Shown here piece after piece: positions 55,799-63,980 of a stretch of DNA of 64,000 nt (position 1 is the first letter of the stretch; each line of letters opens with the position of its first letter). The DNA comes from a virus. Taxonomy: Duplodnaviria; Heunggongvirae; Uroviricota; Caudoviricetes. The notes under the pieces were generated by a model. The model was not told the DNA's origin, made no database searches, and saw only the letters and a list, made by a program, of their open reading frames with translations. A program made the position numbers and the translations under genes. The DNA lies in IMG/VR virus record IMGVR_UViG_3300021479_000008, positions 55,003 through 119,002 of that record. The stretch is one strand, 5' to 3'.

Positions 55799-56004
55799 CT
55801 CCTGTCTCGCTCCATTTCTGGTTCGGGTTCACGTAACATTTCTTCCAGCTCTTTTCGCAGGGAGTCTGGAAGGGAAGTATCGGATAACATACATCTGATC
55901 TCCGGCAGCGTCAATACACCCAAGACTTCTTCCATGTCTCCTCCTAGTACAACCAATGTGTTGGCCACGAATAACCACAACGGTTGCAATCCATCTGGAT
56001 ACAA
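55795..56004 (-). CDS. hypothetical small acidic protein
   Basis: 69 aa. One of several overlapping small ORFs in this stretch. Confidence 0.25.
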   Translation of the reverse strand: MYPDGLQPLWLFVANTLVVLGGDMEEVLGVLTLPEIRCMLSDTSLPDSLRKELEEMLREPEPEMERDRR

Positions 56005-56204
56005 CCACTGTCAGGTGTCGCGTAGCCGTTATCAACCAAGTCGTGTCCCTTCAACTTACACACTGTGTAGAACAACACACGAGACTTCAATGTATAATAA
56101 GCATCCACCACCCGGTAGAGTAGTGGATGCTTGAACAGGAACTCTTGATTGTGGTAGTCACGTTCCATCTCAGCGTAATCTGCATCCAATAGATTCGTGA
56201 TCAC
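55944..56204 (-). CDS. hypothetical small protein (GTG start)
   Basis: 86 aa. Begins 26 nt downstream of a GGTGCCAACTTT motif copy. Confidence 0.3.
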   Translation of the reverse strand: MITNLLDADYAEMERDYHNQEFLFKHPLLYRVVDAYYTLKSRVLFYTVCKLKGHDLVDNGYATPDSGCIQMDCNRCGYSWPTHWLY

Positions 56205-56206
56205 GA

Positions 56207-57682
56207 TTAGTTCACCGACGCTTTCTGCTCGGTGCCAACTTTACCGAGCACGTTTTCCATTGTCTCTTCTACGGCATGACGCTTGACGATCATGGTAATC
56301 ATGTCTTTCGATTCTTCCAACGTCATGTAAGGAGCGTGCAACCTTTTCAGTTCTGGCGACGTGGAGCTCATGTAAAGCATGTCTCCCTTCATCATCAACC
56401 CTTCGGCACCTTTCGTATTGATAATCGTCTTGGAATCTGCCAACGACGGCAACCGGAAGCTGAGACGCGCGGGGAAATTGGCTTTGATGCTTCCCTTGAT
56501 CTGCTTCACGTCTGGACGTTGAGTGGCCGCGATGCAATAGATACCACTCGCACGAGAACGAGCGACAACGGTGCTGAGCTTGTCACTGTTCATTTTCGCT
56601 TCACTACGTTCCAGACTCGGTCCCATCAGGTCCGCGAGTTCGTCGATCACGATGATAATGTACGGCATTTTCTTTTCTGCTGGCTGCCGTTCATTGTACT
56701 CGTGAATGTTGCGAACGCCCTGCATACCGAACTTATCCAGCCGGTCTTGTGTTTCGTCAATCGCATTCTGGAGATAGTTCATCGTGTGATACAGATTGGT
56801 CGCAATCGGATGCCACAGGTGCGGAAGAGCGTCAAAATGCTTGAACTCCACACCTTTCGTGTCGGAGATAATCAACTTGATTTCGTCCGGCGACATCGTC
56901 CAGCAAACCGTATCCACAACTGCGTGCAATAACGTAGACTTTCCGCCACCGGTCGTTCCGGCGATCAACAGGTGTGGAAGTGACGTCAAATCGTCCACGT
57001 ACGGCTCACCATCTGCCGTGATACCGAAGTTAACGGGAATCGGCAGGTGCCAATTTTTGTCTTCGGAATGATCACGAGCGTCTTGCATAAACTCCACGGC
57101 ATGACTCAACGTGTCGCGGAATTGCACGATCTGTCGCTCTTTGTTGGGAATAAAGAAACCGACTGCGGACTCACCGGGCATTCTCTTGATCAGAACGGCT
57201 TCGGCTCCGAGGGCTACGGCTACGTCTTTGTGGATACTTTCAAGGTGGGCGACTTTCGTTCTGGCGAGGGGAAGGTAGCGGTACGTGCTGATGATTGGAC
57301 CGACGCTGACTGGTCCGACAAACTGGGCGTGTTTGCCGAGGACTTCAATCTTTTCGTTGATTACATCGACAACTTCTTGCTGCTCGTCGGTGAGACGCTC
57401 TTTGGCTTTGGATGCTTTCTCGTTGCGGGACTTCGCACGAGCTGAACGACGGTCTTCCTTCTTTACCTCACGGTCGGCTTTGTCCAACTTCTCTTTTGCC
57501 GACGAGGACAACTTGACACGGGCAAGACGAGTACGATCACTGTGGGATTCTTCCCGACGCTTTCCTTTTCTGGCACCTTTGGTATGGACGCATGGCTTGT
57601 TCTTCCACGCAGAGCAGACTGGGCAAATTACGTTGAGGCTGACATCTTCCGACTTACGTGACTTTTTCATGTTTTTCTCCAC
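56207..57682 (-). CDS. FtsK/SpoIIIE-family DNA translocase-like ATPase with N-terminal zinc finger
   Basis: Walker A IAGTTGGGKSTLL and Walker B IIIVIDELADLM. N-terminal CPVCSAW..C. Confidence 0.65.
   Translation of the reverse strand: MEKNMKKSRKSEDVSLNVICPVCSAWKNKPCVHTKGARKGKRREESHSDRTRLARVKLSSSAKEKLDKADREVKKEDRRSARAKSRNEKASKAKERLTDEQQEVVDVINEKIEVLGKHAQFVGPVSVGPIISTYRYLPLARTKVAHLESIHKDVAVALGAEAVLIKRMPGESAVGFFIPNKERQIVQFRDTLSHAVEFMQDARDHSEDKNWHLPIPVNFGITADGEPYVDDLTSLPHLLIAGTTGGGKSTLLHAVVDTVCWTMSPDEIKLIISDTKGVEFKHFDALPHLWHPIATNLYHTMNYLQNAIDETQDRLDKFGMQGVRNIHEYNERQPAEKKMPYIIIVIDELADLMGPSLERSEAKMNSDKLSTVVARSRASGIYCIAATQRPDVKQIKGSIKANFPARLSFRLPSLADSKTIINTKGAEGLMMKGDMLYMSSTSPELKRLHAPYMTLEESKDMITMIVKRHAVEETMENVLGKVGTEQKASVN
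56231..56242. repeat. GGTGCCAACTTT motif copy (3' end of FtsK-like gene)
   Basis: Exact. Confidence 0.8.
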
Positions 57683-57698
57683 ACGACTGAATTTTGTA

Positions 57699-57920
57699 CT
57701 ACTGATTTCTCAACCCATCTACTATTTTCTGTTTGGCAATGGCTTCGGGCGAATCGGCTGGAACCCACTGCTGATTAACCCAACGCATCGAACAAATAGC
57801 GTCACGATGCTCGTACGAGAGTGTTGAGCCGGCAAAGAACACTCCACCACACTCCGGACAAAAACTTCGTTTGATAAGCTCCTGCAACTTCGGACTCAAC
57901 CGGTCTTCACTATACGTCAT
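57699..57920 (-). CDS. zinc-ribbon small protein
   Basis: CPECGGVFF. Confidence 0.35.
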   Translation of the reverse strand: MTYSEDRLSPKLQELIKRSFCPECGGVFFAGSTLSYEHRDAICSMRWVNQQWVPADSPEAIAKQKIVDGLRNQ

Positions 57921-57929
57921 ACGGACCTC

Positions 57930-58196
57930 CTACTTCGCGTTTTGAACGGCTTTAACAACCTGCTGCAACTCCAACCACAAAACTTTTGTTAACGTTCGGA
58001 GTTCACGAGAGCCGCCTTCTTCGTAACTTGTCATTAAACGTTCAATGGCTGCATCTGTCTGGGGAACATCGCACGTGAGTTTTTCAACGTTTCGAAGCAA
58101 GCGATTGTGAAACTCAACGACACGTTCCTGAGCGCATTGCTGTATGCGTTGCTGGATACGAGCATCAACACGCGGGTCCTGAACTAGACGCTCCAT
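57930..58196 (-). CDS. hypothetical small protein
   Basis: 88 aa. Confidence 0.35.
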   Translation of the reverse strand: MERLVQDPRVDARIQQRIQQCAQERVVEFHNRLLRNVEKLTCDVPQTDAAIERLMTSYEEGGSRELRTLTKVLWLELQQVVKAVQNAK

Positions 58197-58258
58197 AGAA
58201 ACACCTCACGTAAGAAATTTGTGCGTTTATAGTATTCGCACCCCACTCACCACAACAA

Positions 58259-58543
58259 CTACGCAGCGTGTTTCTTCGTCTTGGCCGGTGCCAACTTTTT
58301 CAACGCGAGCTGGATACGAACACGGTGGGGATTGTTCCGCTTTGCACCTTTGTTGTAGTGAATTGAAACGCAACGGTGACCCTTCTTCGAACCGCAACGC
58401 TTCTCGGGGCAATCCACCTTCAACGCGTCGACGATGGGAACAACCTTCTTGGTCTTTTTGCTGGTGGTTGACTTGGCGGACTTCACTGACTTCTTGCTCG
58501 ATCCAGACTTCGACGAATGCTTCGATTTGCTTGACATTTCCAT
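58259..58543 (-). CDS. basic Ser/Lys-rich DNA-binding-like protein (histone H1-like composition)
   Basis: SKSKHSSKSGSSKKSVKSAKSTTSKKTKK with an AAGGAG RBS. Confidence 0.4.
   Translation of the reverse strand: MEMSSKSKHSSKSGSSKKSVKSAKSTTSKKTKKVVPIVDALKVDCPEKRCGSKKGHRCVSIHYNKGAKRNNPHRVRIQLALKKLAPAKTKKHAA
58287..58298. repeat. GGTGCCAACTTT motif copy
   Basis: Exact. Confidence 0.8.
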
Positions 58544-58683
58544 TTTCTCCTTTTGATTTTTTTTTTGTTACTGCAACTTCTGTGCAAGGTTCACAAACAT
58601 CACTGCAAAATCTTCCTTCGTGATAAGACCATCAAAATACATCTCGATGATCTTATCTGCTTCACGTCTAATCTCTTCCTGCG

Positions 58684-58911
58684 TCACGCGGTGCCAACTT
58701 TCCCAACGAACACGCCGTTTGCCATCACGATACGACACTTGCCACTACGGGAACGGCTGCTGTTCCAACGTTTGGTGGTGGTATGTACACGAACGGCTCG
58801 CATCAACTTTTCCTCTTCACTCACATATTGCCGGCTAGGACGACTGTGGAGATTGCTCACTAACGCCGAAGTTAGTGCTTCTCCGTTTAGAGTGATATTG
58901 CTCAGGTCCAT
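58684..58911 (-). CDS. hypothetical small protein
   Basis: 75 aa. The 3' end is encoded by a GGTGCCAACTTT motif copy. A further ~50-aa ORF overlaps downstream in another frame. Confidence 0.3.
   Translation of the reverse strand: MDLSNITLNGEALTSALVSNLHSRPSRQYVSEEEKLMRAVRVHTTTKRWNSSRSRSGKCRIVMANGVFVGKVGTA
58690..58701. repeat. GGTGCCAACTTT motif copy
   Basis: Exact. Confidence 0.8.
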
Positions 58912-58937
58912 AACTCCTCCACGAAACTACGTGAGTC

Positions 58938-58950
58938 AGGTGCCAAACTT
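58938..58950. repeat. GGTGCCAAACTTT motif copy (1-nt insertion)
   Basis: Variant with an extra A. Lies in the gap 27 nt upstream of the next start. Confidence 0.6.
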
Positions 58951-59310
58951 TTACAGCTTCACAAAACGAATGAAACCGACGGTGGAAACTGTTCCACTAC
59001 CGCCCTGCAAACTTTCTGCATAGGCATACTTTCGACCGATTCTTGTAACGATTGCACGGCTCCACTTGTACAACGTCGAACCACAGTACGTAACTTTCAC
59101 GTGGTCTCCAACATTCAGTTTCTTGATCTCGGCAATCTTTTCTGCTTCGTATTCTGCATCGGCTTTTGCACGTTGTTTGTTTGTCATACTGCCTCCTATT
59201 TTCACGTTGATTTCTACATCCATATTCGCACGTTTAGGGCATCTTTTTCGGATGCCCTTTATACACTTCGTGCATGGTCTTATGGTAGTGGAATCGGGAA
59301 TTAAATACAA
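58951..59310 (-). CDS. hypothetical protein
   Basis: 119 aa. Confidence 0.4.
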   Translation of the reverse strand: MYLIPDSTTIRPCTKCIKGIRKRCPKRANMDVEINVKIGGSMTNKQRAKADAEYEAEKIAEIKKLNVGDHVKVTYCGSTLYKWSRAIVTRIGRKYAYAESLQGGSGTVSTVGFIRFVKL

Positions 59311-59395
59311 GAGAAAAAACGATTATTTTTCACTGTGTTTATAGGGGTCCGGAGTGATCGATAATTAAAAGCACTAGTGTTTACTGGAATTTCAG

Positions 59396-60661
59396 CTATT
59401 TCCCATCGACCACTTTCCGGAATGCCAATCCACTGCTTTTCGCGATGATACGGACTCGCGAATGCTGTTCAAGTTCTCCGGAAGCGATCATGTGGGCAAT
59501 CGGCTGCACGATCATCTTTTCGATGGTACGCCGCAAGTGGCGGGCACCATATCTTACATCCGTTCCTTCTTTCAACAACATATCTGTGGCAAGGTCTGTA
59601 CACTGGATGCGGATATCGTGTGCGATCAAACGCTGCTCAACATTACTAATTTCCATCTGCGTTATCTTCTGCAACGTGTCATGCAAAAGAGGATTAAATA
59701 CCTGTACCTCGTCAAGCCGGTTAAAGAATTCTGGGGTGAATTTCTGTCTCGCGGCTTCTATCGAGGCACGACGCATTTTCTTCTGTACATCCGGTGCCAA
59801 CTTTCCTTTCGCTTCTTTCAGGATATTCATTATGTCTTCCGAGCCAAGGTTTGACGTCATGATTACAACGGTATGGCTCAGATCGACGTCTTGATCGTCT
59901 ATACGAAGCGAGGCTCTGTCGAGTATTCCCATAAGCAACTTGTAGAGCAATACAGTTGCTTTCTCGATTTCGTCCAGCAGGAGAATACCCAACGGTTTTC
60001 CCGTGTTAGTGGAAAGGGAAATATTTTCGTCGGTAAACAACCTGTCCCCGAATTTGCGGAAGGAAAACATCGTTGCCATTTCTCCACAGTTGAATTTCAC
60101 CATCTTCGTACGACTGGAGAAATAGTACTCGGCTAATGCTTCTGCAATTCTCGTCTTGCCCACTCCGGTCGGACCGAGAAGCAGGTAAATGCCTCTCGGC
60201 TTGTACGGGTCACAGATATCGGCATCGATCTTGGCCACTAGATTGGCAAACGATTCCACGGCGTCGTCTTGACCGACTACACGATGCTTGAGAAATCGGA
60301 TTACCTTTTCTATTTTCTCCGACCGTTTCTCCGGATGAAGATGGATTGTCTTTCCGGTGAAGCTTACTGCTGGCAGTTCTTTTGGCAACGACGATGTCTT
60401 GGGTGCCAACTTTGCTTCTTTCTGCCGATACAGAATGTAATGACGAGCAAACTTCCGTTTTGGAGTTAGTCCACGATAGTGATCACGCATACACGACGGA
60501 GCAGTACAGAAATAGTTCTCTATCTTCCGCGGTATGCGTGGAATCTTATGGCGCTTACGACGTGGTTTGTTTTTCTTCATCTTCCCGGCTCCAGAAACCA
60601 ATACTTCATCAACGCTAAATATCCGTGATGAAGCTCTGGAGCGAATTTTCTCAACAACCAA
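59396..60661 (-). CDS. Clp-family AAA+ ATPase (ClpX/ClpA D2-like) chaperone
   Basis: VVGQDDAV, Walker A LLLGPTGVGKT, Walker B LLLDEIEKA, sensor and arginine-finger region GARHLRR. The basic N-terminal extension may not be translated (TTG start in the track; an ATG lies at about 60580). Confidence 0.6.
   Translation of the reverse strand: MVVEKIRSRASSRIFSVDEVLVSGAGKMKKNKPRRKRHKIPRIPRKIENYFCTAPSCMRDHYRGLTPKRKFARHYILYRQKEAKLAPKTSSLPKELPAVSFTGKTIHLHPEKRSEKIEKVIRFLKHRVVGQDDAVESFANLVAKIDADICDPYKPRGIYLLLGPTGVGKTRIAEALAEYYFSSRTKMVKFNCGEMATMFSFRKFGDRLFTDENISLSTNTGKPLGILLLDEIEKATVLLYKLLMGILDRASLRIDDQDVDLSHTVVIMTSNLGSEDIMNILKEAKGKLAPDVQKKMRRASIEAARQKFTPEFFNRLDEVQVFNPLLHDTLQKITQMEISNVEQRLIAHDIRIQCTDLATDMLLKEGTDVRYGARHLRRTIEKMIVQPIAHMIASGELEQHSRVRIIAKSSGLAFRKVVDGK
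59793..59804. repeat. GGTGCCAACTTT motif copy (in Clp ATPase gene)
   Basis: Exact. Confidence 0.8.
60402..60413. repeat. GGTGCCAACTTT motif copy (in Clp ATPase gene)
   Basis: Exact. Confidence 0.8.
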
Positions 60662-60770
60662 GCTTGCTTGTACTGTTCAAACTGTAGCCAATGCATACAA
60701 CCTCCATACATAGAAATCCCAGGCTTTGTGACGGCCTGGCTGATACACTTCGTGCATTGCTCATTATATG

Positions 60771-60783
60771 ATATTATACAGAA
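60771..60783 (-). promoter_or_regulatory. extended -10 promoter copy 8
   Basis: Minus-sense CGTTTCTGTATAATATCATATAAT, about 95 nt upstream of the Clp ATPase start. Confidence 0.5.
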
Positions 60784-60830
60784 ACGTGCAATGGAAAATT
60801 ACAATCAGGAATTATAAGGTGTTTAGAGGA

Positions 60831-62672
60831 TTAATCTGTGGACGGTTTCCACTCTTGTGGAATCTCACCATACTTCTCGCGACGAATATGCTCAGGCACC
60901 AAATACCCAAGTTGTACTTGGCGGACGATTTGGGCAATGGAGTAGGACAAAACCCTATCGTCGTGACAACCGGGCATGGCTTCTGGTCTTCCTCTTTTCT
61001 CTTGGTTGCGAACGAACGTTGTCATTTCTTTGAGCAGGCCAACGCTATAGATTTTGTTGGGAAACGAAGCGACGTATTCCTTGGCACGATTCAATGCAAG
61101 AGGACGGGTTTTTTCGGTGGTGGGAAACCCGAGTTTTTCACGCATCCTGCCTCCGCCTGTAGTCCCATCGTCGGAATGCCCCGCCTTAACGTTCTTCCAA
61201 TACCCGGCAAGAGTCCAATCAATATGCTTGTACAGGTTCATATACGACTCTGCACGTTCCAACGTGAGGATTACCGCACCACCTTCGTTGTTACGTTCTA
61301 CTGCAATCAACGCATCGTTATACCTGCGACCCAACACTGCCAGATCCCACGCAAATTCCTCCGGCAAAACCTGGTCACGATATTCTGCTACCTGTTCTCC
61401 TGTTTCCTGGTCGATGACTTCTCCAACACTCCAGTCTAGTTTTCCGGTGCCAACTTCGATTCCCGATGCAACGTCAGCACCGATAATGTACATACGATGC
61501 GGACGTTCTTTCCTGTATATTTCCAACTTCGGGTGGACTTCATGGGGAGTGTATACCAATAGTTCCTGGTAACGGTACCGAACCACTTCACTGTCAAAGA
61601 AGGCTCCACCAGTGCTCAAGAAACAGGTCGTGGAATCTTCCGGGTATTTCTCATCGAACTCATGGCGAAACGCTTCCTTTGTTTTCCTCCGCCAATGCAT
61701 CTGGTACATGTCGACGGTATGACCAAGTTTCTCTTGGGCACCGATAAATAGCAATTCTTCTTTTGTTAACGTCTTAGAATCGATCGGTGTGGCTTCACGA
61801 TATTCTTCGTGCATGTTCCAGCTATGGAAATGGAAAACAAACTCACGGTACCCTTTTCCAGTATCCATCGCACGCTGACACTCTTCGTGGAAATACCCAC
61901 CAAATCCATTTGCTGTGGAAACAAGATCCAGTGTTCCTTCATCTGGAATTGCGGCCTTCATATTGGACATTGTTTCTTCTGGATTATGTTCCCAACGTGC
62001 GACTTCATCTGCCATTACGTGAGAATAAGTATAGCCTTGACCGGCTTCTGTGTCCTCTGCACTGGCACAACGTATGGCAACGTCTATAGCGTCAAACACT
62101 AATTCTCTACGATTAGAGTACGTCGTGTGAAGTAAATGCCGCCTCAATTCTCGTGCAAAGGAATTCTGTGCCTTATCGAATGGATTGACTTCAGCGAAAT
62201 GCTGGAGACAACGTTTCAGCATTATGAAACAGTCAGTGGCTGTCGTCCCGTTGCGGGAGATAAGTAACCCATTCTCACCCGGGTTAAGAATGCAGGGAAT
62301 GAAGATTCTACGTAGGGCGGTGTAGGTGGTATACCCGGCTTGTCTAGGCTTAAGGAATATGTTTCTCTTTCCAAGTCGTTTCTCGATATCCTGCTGAATA
62401 TTATTCATCAGGAAAGGGACTAGGTTCTTGTTCCAGAACTTCAGCTCGTTACTTAGTAAAGTGTCTTCACCTTCCTTATGTGGTTTTTTCTGAATCCAAC
62501 AGAAACGGAACATGAACTCTTTCGCTCCGTAGTTCTGCCACATAGACTGGAGTAGGAATAACTGATCTTGTACTCTCTTTGGATCGGGGCCTGTGTATGC
62601 AGAACGCGAGCGGGAAAAGCCATAAGGAACAGGGGGGCGTTGTAACGTTGGTGGTGAAAGGCCTATGCCCAT
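60831..62672 (-). CDS. terL: terminase large subunit
   Basis: 613 aa. N-terminal ATPase with Walker A-like KPRQAGYT, and a C-terminal nuclease region. The HNH endonuclease gene lies immediately upstream. Confidence 0.8.
   Translation of the reverse strand: MGIGLSPPTLQRPPVPYGFSRSRSAYTGPDPKRVQDQLFLLQSMWQNYGAKEFMFRFCWIQKKPHKEGEDTLLSNELKFWNKNLVPFLMNNIQQDIEKRLGKRNIFLKPRQAGYTTYTALRRIFIPCILNPGENGLLISRNGTTATDCFIMLKRCLQHFAEVNPFDKAQNSFARELRRHLLHTTYSNRRELVFDAIDVAIRCASAEDTEAGQGYTYSHVMADEVARWEHNPEETMSNMKAAIPDEGTLDLVSTANGFGGYFHEECQRAMDTGKGYREFVFHFHSWNMHEEYREATPIDSKTLTKEELLFIGAQEKLGHTVDMYQMHWRRKTKEAFRHEFDEKYPEDSTTCFLSTGGAFFDSEVVRYRYQELLVYTPHEVHPKLEIYRKERPHRMYIIGADVASGIEVGTGKLDWSVGEVIDQETGEQVAEYRDQVLPEEFAWDLAVLGRRYNDALIAVERNNEGGAVILTLERAESYMNLYKHIDWTLAGYWKNVKAGHSDDGTTGGGRMREKLGFPTTEKTRPLALNRAKEYVASFPNKIYSVGLLKEMTTFVRNQEKRGRPEAMPGCHDDRVLSYSIAQIVRQVQLGYLVPEHIRREKYGEIPQEWKPSTD
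61446..61456. repeat. GGTGCCAACTT motif copy (in terL)
   Basis: 11 of 12. Confidence 0.6.
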
Positions 62673-63175
62673 GTCTTGTTATGCACAATATTCCAAATAT
62701 TAGCCTGGGTAACACTGAACTTTTTACCAAGGCGTTTTTGTGTATAATGTTTTTCATTATACAAATATCTAATCTTTTCCACAACTTCTTTTGTCAGCTT
62801 TGAACTGGGATTATCTATACCGTATAACGTTTTTCTTCTACCTTTACGCAACATATCTTGCATATTCTGGGTATGGGTACCTAACCACAAATGATATGGA
62901 TTAACACACTTAGTATTATCACAAGAATGGCATACATCTAAACCTTTTCTTCTACCAACAAACAACTCATACGAAGCTATGTGTGCATACTGAATATGTT
63001 TCTCTGTCCAACAAAAATAACCATATCCATCATCACGAATTGATCCTTGCCATTCCCAACACTCATCTTCCTCCCCAAAGTGAACTAATTTAAGAAAACG
63101 TTTGAATACTAAATACTTACCATAGCGAGGAAAATCTAATCTAATACGGCGTTTAATTTTTGAAATGCCGGCCAT
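62663..63175 (-). CDS. HNH endonuclease (paralog of 915..1499) adjacent to terL
   Basis: CWEWQGS ... GYGYF ... CHSCDNTKCVNPYHLWLGTHTQN ... RKGRR. Confidence 0.75.
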   Translation of the reverse strand: MAGISKIKRRIRLDFPRYGKYLVFKRFLKLVHFGEEDECWEWQGSIRDDGYGYFCWTEKHIQYAHIASYELFVGRRKGLDVCHSCDNTKCVNPYHLWLGTHTQNMQDMLRKGRRKTLYGIDNPSSKLTKEVVEKIRYLYNEKHYTQKRLGKKFSVTQANIWNIVHNKTWA

Positions 63176-63177
63176 AA

Positions 63178-63735
63178 CTACCGAGCCACCTCATCGGGAT
63201 TAGAACCACGAGAAATTGATGCCCCAGAAGTAGTAACAGATTTCATATCAACCATGCTCTCACGCAATATACGTTTAACGTCTTCATCACCATCAAAATA
63301 GATTACACCCAACACTTCTGCTGCATTGATAATACGATAGTACTTATCGTCCAAGTAACTTCCAACTGGCATACCAATATAATGCGGAAAAGCAACTCTA
63401 TCTCCTACTTGAACTGGACAACGATGGTGAATATAATCTGTCTCCATCTTACCGTTTCTCTTAACTTGCCGTTCTTCTACCCACGGCTCAAATACTGATA
63501 TAACTATACTTTCATATACAACTTTGTTTTGAGCTGTGTCTGGAAGTAGGATCCCTCCGGACGTAATCATGTCTTTCGGAAGGACGCGCACTACTATTTT
63601 CCCTTTCAACGGAATGAAACGATGCTTACCACTAGCAAGTTTATAAAGTTCATATACTGTTTTTCTAAGCTGTTCTTCCAAAATATCAACTTGTTCCTCA
63701 ACACTAGGAATATGTACTTTCTTAATCGTTACCAT
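63178..63735 (-). CDS. GroES-like co-chaperonin (T4 gp31 analogue) with N-terminal extension
   Basis: [27 protein letters not shown] resembles GroES [35 protein letters not shown] resembles VKVGDIVIF. C-terminal AEVLGVI. Confidence 0.6.
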   Translation of the reverse strand: [185 protein letters not shown]

Positions 63736-63980
63736 TACTGTTTCCTCCCTGTTATCTCATCTAACGTTCTGGCATGTTCTAAAGCTGACTTCAAATTGTT
63801 TTCTGTTCCCGGTACCAAGGCTGACTGTTTCGTTGGAAGTTTTATCCATACCGTTTGCAACTGCATCATAGGATTTATACCCACTATCTTGAACAAGAAT
63901 ATTGCACCACACTTCGGACATACATCCAAGTTCTCATGGGTGAATGCTACAATGCTACACGTTCCTGAATTGGCTATCAT
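63735..63980 (-). CDS. hypothetical protein (zinc-ribbon CPKCG)
   Basis: 81-aa ORF. The upstream region continues to the window edge. Confidence 0.3.
   Translation of the reverse strand: MIANSGTCSIVAFTHENLDVCPKCGAIFLFKIVGINPMMQLQTVWIKLPTKQSALVPGTENNLKSALEHARTLDEITGRKQ

Noticed and set aside
56231-61456. Interpretation of the GGTGCCAACTTT motif (contains TGGCAC) as sigma54 -24 elements
   Set aside because: No TTGC(A/T) -12 element occurs 4-5 nt downstream in any copy, and no sigma54 activator is encoded.
75-62803. Numerous plus-strand ORFs in the track (60-220 aa), e.g. 566..943, 17087..17620, 56276..56932 and 60768..61439
   Set aside because: All lie inside longer, motif-bearing minus-strand genes and lack RBSs or recognisable domains. 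They are typical antisense-frame artefacts.
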